Shown here: in pieces, positions 11,908 to 25,481 of the stretch
How positions within the stretch are numbered: the stretch's first letter is position 1
How the letters are laid out: each line of letters opens with the position of its first letter
From: Octopus sinensis
Lineage: Eukaryota
DNA length: 64,000 nucleotides
Direction: 5' to 3'
Assembly (NCBI RefSeq): GCF_006345805.1
Contig: NC_043008.1
Span: 68,014,001-68,078,000 of the forward strand
Made by a program: the position numbers and the translations under genes
The notes under the pieces: model-generated
Databases searched by the model: none
Told to the model about the DNA's origin: nothing
The model's input: only the letters and a program-made list of their open reading frames with translations

Positions 11908-12127
11908 CATATATATATATTATTGAAGTAGATAAAGGAATTATCTTATTACAGATAATTCAAATGATAACCGATACCTTCTCCTGAAGAGAAGGCTGCA
12001 AAATGGACTCCTTATTCAATCCGAATTAGGGACTTTGCAGCCTTCGAAACATATGTAGAAAATAATAAAAAGGAATTTTGTTAAATCTTTGTTCAGCTCC
12101 ATTTCTTCCTACACTTAATATATATAT

Positions 12128-12159
<32 letters not shown>

Positions 12160-12328
12160 CATATATACAACGAGCTTCTTTCAGTTTCCGTCTGCCAAAT
12201 CCACTTACAAGGCTTTGGTCAGCCCGAGGCTATAGTAGAAGACACTTGCCCAAGGTGCCACGCAGTGGGACTGAACCTGGAACCATGTGGTTCGTAAGCA
12301 AGCTACTTACCACACAGCCACTCCTACA
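11610..12328 (-). mobile_element. CORE-type SINE with a hammerhead element inserted in its internal (TA)n
   Basis: Reverse complement of 3845-4219, split by about 200 bp of foreign sequence (11920-12118) inside the TA tract. Confidence 0.85.
11979..12062 (+). ncRNA. Type I hammerhead ribozyme with extended stem II
   Basis: TTCTC-CTGAAGA-GAAGGCTGCAAA(31 nt)TTTGCAGCCTTC-GAAA-CATATG-TA-GAAAA: intact core, perfect 12-bp stem II, palindromic stem III (ACATATGT), GUA triplet. Confidence 0.8.
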
Positions 12329-12804
12329 TCTATATCATAATCATCGTCATCACATTGTCATTATCAGCAGCATCCTCATTATCATCATCATTGTTATCAA
12401 CTCACTGTTGTCATCGTCACTGGTGTGTTTCTGAAGATTAGGTCTTTGAACTTGCTTGTGATTATACCCTTAACAATAACATCTGTTAATTCGTTGTCAA
12501 CACAGACAATTAACTGCTGTTAAGGTGACACAGTAAAAACAGATCTTTCTGTCCTTCATACTATCATTCTGCTGTCATATTATGGAGCAAAGTCTGCAAG
12601 TGAGAGGTTCCAGCCAGCCATACCAACCACACCACCAGTTGAGAACTAATGATGTTATGTTTACAGACTCAATACCGCAACATCTATGTGGTCTGCTACT
12701 GCAAGAGTTTTGGAAAGTGTGTTTGTAATTACACAGCATTCCAAAATTACTTTATACACAATAGAGACAATACAAGCAAACATTATTTTACATTGTAAAT
12801 GGTT

Positions 12805-13108
12805 CCACCCAAAGCATTTATGGATCCTATCTAAATATTGTAAACTTGCCCCACCCAAAGGACTAATGGAACCTCTCTAAATATTGTAAACTGGCACTGC
12901 CCAAAGGACTGTGGAATCTCCTGAAATATTGCATACTGACCCCACCCAAAATACTTATGGAATCTCTTTAAATCTTTTAAATTGGTCCCACCATAAGGAC
13001 TAATGGAATCTCCTTAAATATTGTATACTGGCCCTGACCAAAATACAAATGGATGCTTCTTATATTTCATAAACTGGACCCACCCAAATGATCAATGGAA
13101 CCTCCTTA
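12805..13108. repeat. ~46-bp degenerate minisatellite, about 6.5 copies
   Basis: Unit close to ccacccaaaggactaatggaacctctctaaatattgtaaactggcc. Confidence 0.8.
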
Positions 13109-13529
13109 ACAACAATTTTAAAGAGACTGTTTGGTTCCAGTTTGAATGCTTTTGATCAGAAGTCTGCTGCATTAGGACCACTCTGAGGTTAACTCATAAA
13201 ACCCTGGGTAACCAGTAATGAGAACTGCAATAAGGAAGCTAAAGTTATAGTATAGGCCAAAATTATATATATGTGGTACCAAAAATATATCTATAAGAAG
13301 GGAAAGTGCTTATGGCCTTTGCAGGCCCTTCTAGATTGGTAAGATAGGTGCCATTAATATTTTTCTTGAAGCTTTTTGATCCTTTAGCATTTAAACCAGC
13401 TATATTCATCCCAAATATTCTACCTGTTCTATGTTTAAACTGGCCAGATCCAGCCTCTCACACCTAACCAACATTTGTCATTCTAATCATAAACAACCAC
13501 ATCATTGCAATTTTAAAGCTACATGAAAG

Positions 13530-13840
13530 CACATGGCTCATGGTTAGAGCTTTGGGCTCACAATCATAGGATAATGAGTTTGATTCCCAGACTGGGCTGT
13601 GCATTATGTTCTTGAGCAAGACACTTTATTTCACATTGCTCCAGTTCACTCTACTGTAGAAATGAGATGCAATATCACCGATGCCAAGCTGTATCAGCCT
13701 TTGCCTCTCCTTTGGATAACATTGGTGGCATGGAGAAGGGAGACTGGCATGCATGGGTGACTGCTGCTCTTCCACAAACAACCTTGTCTGGACTTGTGTC
13801 TCAGAGGGTAACTTTCTGGGTGCAATCCCATGGTCATTTG
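13530..13840 (+). mobile_element. Second CORE-like tRNA SINE family, inside a piggyBac-like MITE (about 13375-13869)
   Basis: tggttagagc...gagtttgattccc head, gttcttgagcaagacacttta core; 3' part recurs at 23220-23375; flanking element ends aaagggttaa. Confidence 0.6.
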
Positions 13841-14660
13841 ACATAATAATCTGAATACTAAAGGGTTAAGTCAACCCATGCAGGAAAGACAAGGGTAGGG
13901 AATTAATTCCAGAGGAGGTGACAACATTTTGGGAAGAAAGGACTATTATGATTATAGTACAGTGAGAAATACCACACTATGGTACCTACTTACAGCTAGT
14001 TGGACTGGGCATTAATTGGTTTATATCTGTGAAAACAATGCAATACTGGTGACATGATAAGATCCTCTAGTGATCCACCATCATTATCTACAATCCTTTT
14101 GCAGTACCCCCACCCCTTTAAGAAAGTAACATTCAACAAACAGAAGTTATAGAAAATAAGACACTGATAACAATTGAATTAAAGGGGGTATTTTATATGT
14201 GGCAGGAAGTATATTTAGTTTGAATGGAAGATATTGGGATACAATAACAACACTATACTAAGGACAGGGACACTATTAACTAACAAACGATAATTAATAT
14301 TTAGTGAGAATCATTGTTCTGATGGTTGATACATTTAACACAACAATTCTAACCTGGAATCACATCAATACAATAGCAGAGATAATGGCCACACCCTTTT
14401 TACTGTGGATAATGGGGAAGTGAGTGTGGTGAGGAGGTATGTTATGTAATATGTGTACTTGTGGTGGTGGTGGTGGTGGTGGTGGTGAGACACTGTGTTT
14501 GTAAAGGGTGTGGTCAAGATGTCATGTTTTGTTATGTGTGTACTGGCAGTGGCCATGGTGCTGTTAATAGGAGGATGGAGGTAAGGGGAAGAGTGTATGT
14601 AACACATGTAGCTACAATGTTTACAATTTTTGTGTGAGGACATGGGGGTTCTTAATGACA

Positions 14661-14980
14661 TCTATATATATATAAAACTGAGAATGTATGTATGTATGTA
14701 TGTTGTGTGCATCACTAAAACTCTTGAACTACCCAGCCAGTTTCATTCAAATTTTATACAAGCCTTACTTAGGGTCTATGCAGTGTCATGGGTAAAAAAT
14801 GCAAGCCCTGAGCAATCTCTTATCTCTTACACTATTTCACTATTACGCATCAAAAGTGAAATAATAACATTAAGATCTCTATTGTAATGTGAGAAAATAC
14901 TTTCAGTTATAATAGTTTCACAATTAATACTTTCACTAAGTATATAATACTGAAACTATTAAAAGTGAAACTATTATCTC
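14661..14980 (+). mobile_element. Non-autonomous Helitron 5' portion
   Basis: Starts A|TCTATATATATAAAACTGAGAATG followed by (TATG)n; same family in reverse at 62660-62938. Confidence 0.6.
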
Positions 14981-14992
14981 ACTCACATATAT

Positions 14993-15113
<121 letters not shown>

Positions 15114-15140
15114 TATACGTGTGTGTGTGTGCATGTATGA

Positions 15141-16252
15141 ATGGAACATTGAATTCAACAGGACAAAAGGCAAATTTGCACAATTTTCTTATTCCAGTTC
15201 AAGCTAGGCCGAAAAAACTGCTGAAACAGCTCGCAGTATCAACGAGGCATTTGGCTTAGGAACCACTAATGAACATACAGCACAATGGTGGTTCAAGAAA
15301 TTTCGTAACGGTGATAAGAGTCTTAAAATGATAAGCATAGTGGTCAGCCATCGGATGTTGACAACGATCAACTAAGAGCCTTAATCGAAGCCAATTCACG
15401 AACAACTTTTCGAGAGCTTGCTTCTGAATTAGACGTAACGTATACGACAATTTCCAACCACTTGAAAGAGATTGGATAAACAAAAGTACTTGAGAAATGG
15501 GTGCCGCACAAATTGAACGACAACCAAAAAAAAACACCGTTTTGAAGTGTCATCTTCCCTTCTTTTTCGCAACAAGAACGACCCGTTTCTCGACCGGATT
15601 GTGACTTGCGATGAAAAGTGGATTCTTTACGACAACCAGTGACGCTCAGCTCAGTAGTTGGACGTCGACGAAGCTCCACAACACTTCCCGAAGCCAAAGT
15701 TGCACCAAAGGAAGGTCATGGTGTCTGATTGGTGGCCTGCAACCTGTCTCGTCCATCACAGCTCTTTGGATCCAGGCGAAACCATTACGGCGGAGGAGTA
15801 CTGTCAGCAAATGGAGGAAATGCATAAGAAACTCCGACAACAGCCAGCATTGGTCAATAGAAAAGGACCAAAATTTCTCCACGACAACGCTCGGCCGCAC
15901 GTCGCACAACTGACCTTGCAGAAGTTGAACGACTTGAGCTACGAAATTCTGCCTCATCCACCATACTCACCAGACCTCTCGCCTACCAACTACTACTTTT
16001 TCAAGCATCTCGACAACTTCCTGTGTGAGAAATGCTTCAAAAAGCAAGACGATGCCAAACATGCCTTCAACGATTTCATTGAAACCAGGACGCAGGATTT
16101 TTATACAACTGGCATAAATAATTTTGTTTCGTATTGAAAAAAGTGTGTTAATTCTGATGGTGTTTATTTCGATTTATAATGTTTTATTTGAGCTGAGATA
16201 TGTGCATCTGAATTTAAAGGTTAAAAACCGCAAGAATTTTCTTCACAACCTA

Positions 16253-16253
<1 letters not shown>
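15141..16253 (+). pseudogene. Mariner (Hsmar1/cecropia-like) transposase pseudogene with 3' TIR
   Basis: Motifs WVPHKL, VTCDEKW, HDNARPH, HPPYSPDLSPTNYYFF across frameshifts and stops; third catalytic D changed to N; 3' TIR ...aaaaccgcaagaattttcttcacaacctaa followed by TA. Confidence 0.92.
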
Positions 16254-16350
<97 letters not shown>

Positions 16351-16395
16351 ATATAATATAATATATAATATAATATAATATAATATAATATAATA

Positions 16396-18313
16396 TAGAG
16401 GTAAAACCACTATTATGCAATTCAAACAATGAGAGACATAAAACAAAACATAAATAACAAATAAAATATATTTTTATAAAATATATTTGTATAAAAATGA
16501 ATAGACAATATATAATAAGTTAAAAAACTACGTACGTTTCATGACTATAATTAATTCGAATTACATTTAAATTTAATTGAAATGAATTCAATTTAAAATT
16601 ATAGTCGATCTTCAGGTTAACAATAATAGTTGAATAAATAAGCAAATAGAGTTAAACGATATTTATCTAAAAAATAAATAAAATAATAATTTTACTTATA
16701 GAAGAAACTCCATTACCTAAATTTGAAACTTAAAACATTAGGATCAGTTTCCTACAATACATTTATTATGTTAAATATTTAAGGTAAAAAAATAGAGTAA
16801 ATAGATAGAAAAATTTATTTATCTGTAAAAACATAATTTAGCTTAAAAAAATTAATAAACTATAGAATATCTTTAACCTAGTTATACTCCAATATTTTAT
16901 TACCAAACTATTTAACAAAACAATCACTATTAATATTTTAAGATTTTAGTTCGCATATAATAATTATAAAATAATAAATACATTAAAATAGGTAACTAAA
17001 TTATAATCAACAAATATAGTAATTAAAAATCTATATTTTTCTCTCAATAAACATAAACATATAACCAATAAATAAAATAGTCCATTATTTCTTGCATGAA
17101 TATTATATATATCTTTAGAAAATATTTATGAAATACAATTTAAGAATTGAAAAATTCCAAATTAAAAACGTATAACCTATCTTTATAAAATACTTATTAT
17201 TACTATTACTAAAAACATTTTTACGATCTAGATCGCAAAGTGACTAACTAATATCTTAAAATTTACGTTCAGATATAATATTATAAACTAATAATAATTA
17301 AATAAATGTACATATCTAAATTATCATTAACAAATTTAAAAAATTATAAATTCATATTTAACAATCAATAATTATATAGAGTACAATAATATTTCTTAAA
17401 GTTTACTTATCTCTCAAAAAGCGTATCATTAACTAAAAAATTTCAAAACGGAAAAAGTCTTATTAAGCGTTTATAAAAACTTGTGGAATTACGTTGTTTA
17501 CAGAAATAGAACAAACAGATGGAAATATACGTTTTATCAATGAAAACTACGAATATATTTTAGCTTTAATAGATAAAGGGAATAAAGTCACTAATAAAGA
17601 ATAGAATCACTATACACTATAATATCTTTCACTAGAAAACTAAAATTTAGAATTAACTACGATAAATTATACTCAAATCTACATAAATTAAAATAATTTA
17701 TATAACTACTATTTACTGTATACTCTTTAATAATCTTATACAAATGTATTTATTTCATATATATAAACATGGTTACGTTGGAGCCAAACCTTTATTTAAA
17801 CAAAACAACTTTTAGACACATTCTATATTAACACAGAACAAAAAACTCACAAATATTAACTCAGTACAAAAAACTCACAACAAAAACAAAAGACGAAGAC
17901 AGGTGGTGTAGACAACAAGCAGATGTATTAGTTTAACGCTCGGGACGTGAAAAAATCTTTAACGTTTCGAGCCTACACTCTTCCACGGAAAGTAAATTTA
18001 TAAACGCTAAGTAATACGTTTTTCGTTTTGAAATGTTTTAGTTCATAATACACCTTTTGGAGAGATAAGTAGACATTTTTATTTCAGAATATTAATGTAC
18101 TCTATATAAGTATTGATTGTTAAATATGAATTTCTAATTTTTTATTTGTTAATGATAATTTTGATACGTATATTTGTTTTTTATTATTTTATAATTATTA
18201 TATCTGAACGTAAATTTTAAGATATTAGTTAGTCACTTTGTGATTTAGATTATAAAAATGTTTTAGTTTAACTAAAAAAATTTTATTATATACTTCTAGT
18301 ACTATTACATTTG

Positions 18314-18365
<52 letters not shown>

Positions 18366-19217
18366 GTATTTCATAAACGATAAGTTATACGTTTTTACTT
18401 TGGAATTTTTCATTTATTTTTTATTTCATAAATATTTTCGAAAGATATCTATAATATTTATTTTAGTAATAATGGATTAATTAATTTATTTATTTATATG
18501 TTTATTGATTGAAAAATATGGACTTTTAATTACTATATTTGTTGATTATAATTTAGATATGTACTTTTATATATATTTATTATTTTATAATTATTATATG
18601 TGAACAAAAATCTAAAAATATTAATAGTGATAGTTTTGTAAAATAGTTTGGTAATTAGATATTACAGTATAGCTAGGTTAAAGATATTCTATAGTTCATT
18701 AATGTTTTTTTTTTATTAAGCTAAATTATATCTTCACAGATAAATACATTTTTCTATCGATTTACTCTATTTTTTTACTTTAAATATTTAACATAATAAA
18801 TGTATTGTAGGCAACTGGTCCTAATATTTTAAGTTTCAAATTTGGTTAATGAGTTTCTTCCATAAGAAAAATCATGATTTATTTCTTTACTAAATATTGT
18901 TTAATTCTATTTGCTTATTTATTTAACTATTATTGTTATTATTGTTAACCTGAAGAGTGACTATAATTTTAAATTGAATTGTTTTCGATTGAATTTAAAT
19001 TTAATTGTAATTCGAATTTAATTATATATAATTATATTAAATTTAATTGTAATTCGAACTTAATTATATAGTAGTTTTTTTTACTTATATATTGTTTATT
19101 CATTTTTGTACTTTTTATGATCTCGTTATATGTTTTTAAAAAATATATTTTATTTTTTATTTATGATTTGGTTTATGTCTATCATTGTTTGAATTGCATA
19201 ATAGTGGTTTTTCTCTA
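16396..19217 (-). mobile_element. 2.8-kb very AT-rich fold-back element with hammerhead (Penelope-like inverted pLTR structure)
   Basis: Inverted arms about 16396-17477 and 17997-19217, diverged but colinear; hammerhead in the left arm on the minus strand and a broken copy in the right arm (CTGAAGA at 18950); TA-rich flanks. Confidence 0.7.
16526..16618 (-). ncRNA. Type I hammerhead ribozyme with long AU-rich stem II
   Basis: Minus: AAC-CTGAAGA-TC-GACTATAATT...AATTATAGTC-AT-GAAA-CGTACG-TA-GTT; palindromic stem III (ACGTACGT); the two closing pairs of stem II are mismatched in this copy. Confidence 0.7.
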
Positions 19218-19227
19218 ATTTATATAT

Positions 19228-19300
<73 letters not shown>

Positions 19301-20814
19301 GTCTGTTTATACCCTGCCCACTGCTTCACAACCAGTGTTAGTTTGTTTATAATCCCCTGCAACAATAGAATAATAACAGACTTACAAAATAAGTACTGGG
19401 GTTGATTTGTTCAACTAAAAACCCTTCTGGATATTGCCCCACCATAGCTGTAGTCCAATGACCAAAACAAGTAATATATATATATATATGTTTGTATGCA
19501 TTCATGTATATATGTGTGTATGTATGAGTGTGTATAAGTGTTATTTCTATACATCTGCTTATGTACATGTGTGTATGTATGTGTATGTGCATGTGTGTGT
19601 GTACATGCACATATGCATGTGTGTAAATACATGTACACTGCTATCCAAAAACAATCTGCAATTTTTGCTTTTTATAACGTTCTTTATAATACTGTAAAAT
19701 AAACAATGTACAGAACCATTTTTCTTTCTGACAAAACTATGGGAAGGATAATTTATTTCAAAATAAAAATAACTGTTTATTTAAGCTTTGTTGTTGTGTA
19801 TTAAAATCAGACATTTAATACAAATGTTATAAATTAGATACAACTTTAAAACGGATTTTGAGGAAACTAGGTGTGGTCTGCATTTGTAAAAATTATTTAT
19901 TGAAATTTGTAAATTTGGGTGAGTTCGTGTGCTGCAGAGCAAGAGGACAGTTCTGACCTTTTGCTATACATCATTTTAGAGTTCAACTTCAATATATTTA
20001 ATTAATTCTTAAATTATCCTGTTCCTGTTGTTATTTAACTCCAAGTTGATCGTTATCTCTGCAACTGAGATGTGTTTCACAAACATCATGCTAGGAATCT
20101 CTGTCCTGACTAACTTTGGTACATCCTCAGTTTTATATTTTATGATTGTGTGCCTCCTCATCTCTCATTCCCCATCTCTCACTTCTCCTTGCACTTTTGC
20201 AACTGCCTTCTACCAACACTTCCCTGTTTTTTTTATTTCCACTCATCTCATATATCTTGAGGGTCCACACTGACATCTCATCACCACTATTTTCACCTCT
20301 TCTCTTACCACCCATCCACCCTCTCTTCTAAAATGTGACTAGTCCTGTTGCCCATCTACATCATGAAACCTGTTATGCTCTGGCTTCTTCTGTCATACTT
20401 TAACCCCTTGTATCCTTGCATGAAATTGCCTCTCTTGGGGGTTCCATCATCTTGCGAGCTGCATGGCAACTTCACGAGTGCAGTACCCAGTACATGTTAT
20501 AAAAGAGATGGTATTAAGAAGGGCATCCAAACATAGAAACCATACCAAAATAAATATCAGAAGGACCTACACACAACCATCTGTTATTTCTCCCGTTAAG
20601 ATTCTTATCTTCATTGGCAGCTCACTTCACTAAGGTGTCAGGTGATGCCCATGATGGTGCTTGACTTTTCCAACACCTTAGCCTCACCATCACCTATGGT
20701 AATGCCGTGAACATGCTGGTTTGCTTCAATAGGTTCCATTGAACCTTGTGGTGTACAACCAATTGAGGCACTTGGTGCTGCATTGATGATTTTTTTTTCT
20801 CCTTTTTTTTGTTT

Positions 20815-21120
20815 TTCATCTTTGAAATATCAAGTATTTATTTTGGTCTTAACAATAACCAAAACCTGCCGTGTTCATGAGGATTTTTAACCTTGTTAAG
20901 TAACTATTTAGCATGGATCAAATATTTTTTCTGCATCTTTGCAAGCATGAATTGGCCCCCTCTTCAGTAAATATGACTTATATCAAATGTCCACATGCAC
21001 TACAGTTTCAATAATCCTCTCTAACAGCCGAAGTCTTTCAATGATGGCCTTCATTCACTTTCTCAGACCATCATAAATAATATTTTGAACTCAGATTATA
21101 GTGTCTGAACACTATAATCA
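20815..21120 (-). pseudogene. Highly decayed Tc1/mariner-superfamily transposase fragment
   Basis: Minus-strand remnant VVHVDI*YKSYLLKRGQF resembles the linker before the catalytic domain of DD37D-type transposases. Confidence 0.3.
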
Positions 21121-21162
21121 TTTATATACATTTATATATATATATATATATGTGTGTATATA

Positions 21163-21211
<49 letters not shown>

Positions 21212-21304
21212 TATATATATATGGGAGAATTCATGAAAAAAATAAACAAAAGATGAAGATAGGTGGTGTAGAAAACAAACAGATGTATTGGTATAACGCT
21301 TGGG

Positions 21305-21355
<51 letters not shown>

Positions 21356-22604
21356 AATGTGTGTGTAACTGTCTCTGTTTATACCCTGCTCACTGCTTCA
21401 CAACCAGTGTTCGTTTGTTTATAATCCCCTGCAACAATAGAATAGTACCAGACTTACAAAATGAATAGTGGAGTTGATTTATTCAACTGAAACCCCTTCT
21501 AGATATTGTCCCAGCATAACCCTAACCCTAATTTTCTTTTTGATGCAGTTGAAACATCTCCACCAGAGATCATCATCATCATCATCATCATCATCGTTTA
21601 ACGTCCGTTTTCCGTGCTAGCACGGGTTGGACAGTTCGACCGGGGTCTGGGAAGCTAGGAGGCTGCACCAGGTTCCAATCTGATCCAGCAGTGTTTCTAC
21701 AGCTGGATACCTTTCCTAACGCCAACCACTCCATGAGTGTAGTGGGTGCTTTTTGTGTGCCACCAGCACAGGTGCCAGATATTTCTAAATTTTGTGTACA
21801 AAAGATATTGCAGCATTTTAAAGGTTAGCAATTCCTAAATTGCTGTTTCACACATAAGGTAACAGTAACTATGTCTTCATTTCTTATGTTAGCATTTTAT
21901 ATGCCATGCAGGATCTGAAAGAAATACAAACTTTTCAATTGGTTTGAAGAGAATAATATACTGATAATTAAAGATCCCAAATACCCCTTGCACCGTGTGT
22001 ATGTGTGTGTGTCTATCTGGTTTTATCAAAGTTTGTAAATGTGTGTATGTGTGCGTGTTTATAGATGAAATTTGTGTGGGAGGAGAAACAAATGTGTGTT
22101 AATATATGTATGTGTGTGTTTATATACGTGTATGTATGTACATTTATGTATGTGTATATATGTGCATAAATATATGTTTGTGTGCATATGTACATAAATG
22201 CCCCCTTTTTTACCTCTTAGAGAAACAGTTCTTGTGACCTTGTTTATATAGAACTTAGCAATCCTATAGATCTACGAGGGGAAGGGGTAGAAAGAGGGAG
22301 CAGTGAAAAGTAAGAAAGTGAAATAGACTAAGAGAGATAGAGGGAGAGAGAGACCATTTTAGATATTCCCTGATGGGTACCACATGTTACCATCCAAATT
22401 GTTGTTGTTGTCACATTTTAAACAAGCCTTCCAGAAGAAAAAGTGAAATAAACAATTAAATTAAACAAAAAGGACCAGCAAAAACAAAATTTTTTAAAGA
22501 AAACAAATTTAATAAATAACAAAACAAGCAATAAAAAACATAATTTCTCAGGAACAAAATTTTCCTTTTCATTATTTTATTGTTATTTTAGATTATAATA
22601 TTTG

Positions 22605-23060
22605 TTGTTGGTGGTGGTGGTGGTGGTGGTGGTGGTGATGGTTGGGATGGTGCTGCTACTGCCACCACAGCTGTTACTGCTGTCACTGCTGTTGCTAGTG
22701 GTGATGGTGGTGATGGAGGTGCTGCTAGTGGAAGTGATGGTGGTGCTGTCATTGATGTGGTGGTATTAGTGGTGACTGTGTCCATGATAATTGTTGTTGG
22801 TGGCAGTGGTGGTGGTGGTTGGTGATGGTGGTGGTGGTGGTGGTTCTGTTGTTGATATTGTTCTTAGCTTTGGTATCAATGGTAGTGGTAAATGTTGGTG
22901 ACACTGGTTGTGGTAGTGGTGGTAGTGGTGGTGGTGGTGGTGGTAGTGGTGGTAGTGGTGGTGGTGGTGGTGGTGGTGGTGGTGGTGGTGGTGGTGGTGG
23001 TGGTGGTGGTGGTGGTGGTGGTAACGGTGGCAGCAACCAGCAGTGGCGGTGGTATTGTTG
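22605..23060. repeat. (GGT)n low-complexity tract
   Basis: Pure and degenerate GGT triplet runs. Confidence 0.95.
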
Positions 23061-23460
23061 TTAGTTTATTGTGGGATTTTTGTCGTCTCAGAGCCCCTCT
23101 ACTTTGCCCTCCCATGAGGTTGGGTTAACTTGATGTAATTCTTGTTTAATCTTAAGTAGTGTTCAACAATAAACTTAATGTTTTTATTCATTGAACAAGT
23201 TAATGCTAACATATATATAATGTCACTAGTGTCAAGCTGTATCGGCCTTTGCCTTGGATAACATCAGTGGCATGAGAGGGGAGGCTGGTATGCATGGGCA
23301 ACTTCTGGTCTTCCATAGACACGCTTGCCCGGACTTGTAACAATTCCATGGTCATTCATGACTGAAGAGGGTCTTTTTATCATCACCATCATCCTTTAAC
23401 ATCTATTTCCCATGTTGGCACAAGCATAGTTGTATGCTAAGAAGTTTGCTTCCCAACCAC

Positions 23461-25247
23461 ATCATCATCATCATCATCATTTAACGTCCCCTTTCCATGC
23501 TGGAATGGGTTGGACGATTTGACTGAGGACTGGTGAACCAGATGGCTGCACCAGGCTCCAGTCTTGATCTGGCAGAGTTTCTACAGCTGGATGCCCTTCC
23601 TAATGCCAACCACTCCAAGAGTGTAGTGGGTGCTTTTACATGCCATCGGCATGAGGACCAGTCATGCTCAAATGGTGTTTTTTACATGCCACCTGCACAG
23701 GATCCAGTCCAGCAGCACTGGCAAAAACCTTGGTCAAATATTTTTTCATGTGCCACAGGCACAAGTGCCAATAAGGCAATGCTGGTAACGATCATACTCG
23801 AATGATGCTTTTTATGTGCCACTGGCACGGAAGCCAGTCAGCTGCTCAGGCAACGATCACACTCAGATGGTGCTCTTAGCGCTCCACTAGTGGTGCTGTC
23901 ATCGAATATGATTTCAATTTCGATTTCACTTGCCTCAACAGGTCTTCGCAAGCAGAGTTTAGTGTTCAATGAAGGAAAGGTATGCATAAGTGGGCTGGTT
24001 ACACTCCTGGCATAGGCCACAAGGTTATGGTCTCACTTGGCTTGCCAGGTCTTCTCAAGCACAGCATATTTCCAAAGGTCTTGGTCTCTAGTCATTGCCT
24101 CAGTGAGGCCTAATGTTCAAAGGTCATGCTTCACCACCTCGTCCCAGCTCTTCCTAGGTCTACCTCTTCCATAGGTTCCCTCAACTGCTAGGTTGTGGCA
24201 CTTTTTCACACAGCTATCCTCATACATTCTCACCAGTGCAGTTGTCTCTCTTGCACACCACATCTGATGCTTCTTAGGTTCAACTTTTCTCTCAAGATAT
24301 TTACACTCTGTCAAGTATGCACACTGACATTACACATCCAGTGGAGCATACTAGCTTCATTTCTTGCAAGCTTACGCATGTCCTCAGCAGTCACAGTCCA
24401 GTCCATGTTTCACTGCCATGTAGCATGGCTGTTTGTACACATGCGCCATCCAGTCTACCTTTTACTCTGAGCGAGAGGCCCTTTGTCACTACCAGAGGTA
24501 GGAGCTCTCTGAGCTTTGCCCAAGCTATTCTTATTCTAGCAGCTACACTTTCAGAGCACCCACCCCTGCTACTGACTTGGTCACCTAGGTAATGGAAGCT
24601 AACAGCTACTTCTAGTTTTTCTCCCTGGAATGTGGAAGAAGTTGTTCTCTGCACATTTTCAGTGTTTATTGCTCCTGAGCATCAGCCACATACAAAAACT
24701 ATCTTCCCAGTTAGCCTTCCTTTGATATTGCTGTGCCTCTTATGTGTCCATAGCTTACACTGGGGACATCTTATAGAGTTTCTACCTACGCCTTTTCTAC
24801 AGATTGAGCAGGGCCATCTACCAGAAGGGATTTGTAGTTTGTCTGCCTTCCTACTTATTAGGACTTATGTTTTAGCTAGGTTGACTCTAAGGCCCTTCAA
24901 TTCTAATTCTTGCTTCCACACCTGGAACTTTTCCTCTAGTTCTGATAGTGACACAGCAATTAGAGCAAGGTCATCAGCATAGAGGAGCTCCTAAGGGGCA
25001 TCTTGTCTTGAATTCCTCTGTTATTGCCTGGAAGACTATGGTAAACAGGAGGGGGCTGAGGACTGAACCTTGGTGGACCCCTACTCTACCCAGAATTCTT
25101 CACCATACTCGTTGCCAACCTTCACCTTACTGACAGCGTCCCTGTACATGGCTTGCACAGCTCTCACTAACCATTCATCTATCCCTAGTTTTCTCATTGA
25201 CCACCAGACAAGGGATCAGGGGAACCTGTCAAAGGCTTTCTCCATGT
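23461..25247 (-). mobile_element. 5'-truncated, decayed RTE LINE (same family as 52444-55093)
   Basis: Remnants MEKAFDR, GVHQGS, LLYADDL, FHYLGDQ, GRGRPRKSW, plus 3' UTR and (CAT)n; multiple frameshifts. Confidence 0.92.
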
Positions 25248-25290
25248 CATATATATATATATATATATATATACTTTATTTTAACAAAAT

Positions 25291-25326
25291 TGTCCGACAA
25301 ACGGGAACGTGAAACTCCGAGTAACA
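25291..25326 (+). ncRNA. Degenerate minimal hammerhead in a ~160-bp insert (25273-25431) in (TA)n
   Basis: TGT-CCGACAA-ACG-GGAA-CGT-GAAA-CTCCGAG-TA-ACA: all three stems pair; core CTGACGA has two substitutions. Confidence 0.55.
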
Positions 25327-25429
25327 GCTTTTGTTATATTTCTGCTGCTTTTAAATAAAGCATATTACTCTACCTCTGGTATTTGAGTACTCTTTTTTCC
25401 ACTTTGTTTCACATTTATGTGCTTACTCC

Positions 25430-25481
<52 letters not shown>

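Noticed and set aside
12805-13108. CRISPR-like array (also considered for 48748-48890 and 31610-32350)
   Set aside because: Units are contiguous and degenerate with no unique spacers; no cas genes; eukaryotic context.
22588-23128. Poly-Pro/Gly/Val/Thr ORFs, tempting as a formin-like profilin ligand
   Set aside because: Simple (GGT)n tract open in most frames, with no splice sites or flanking domain.
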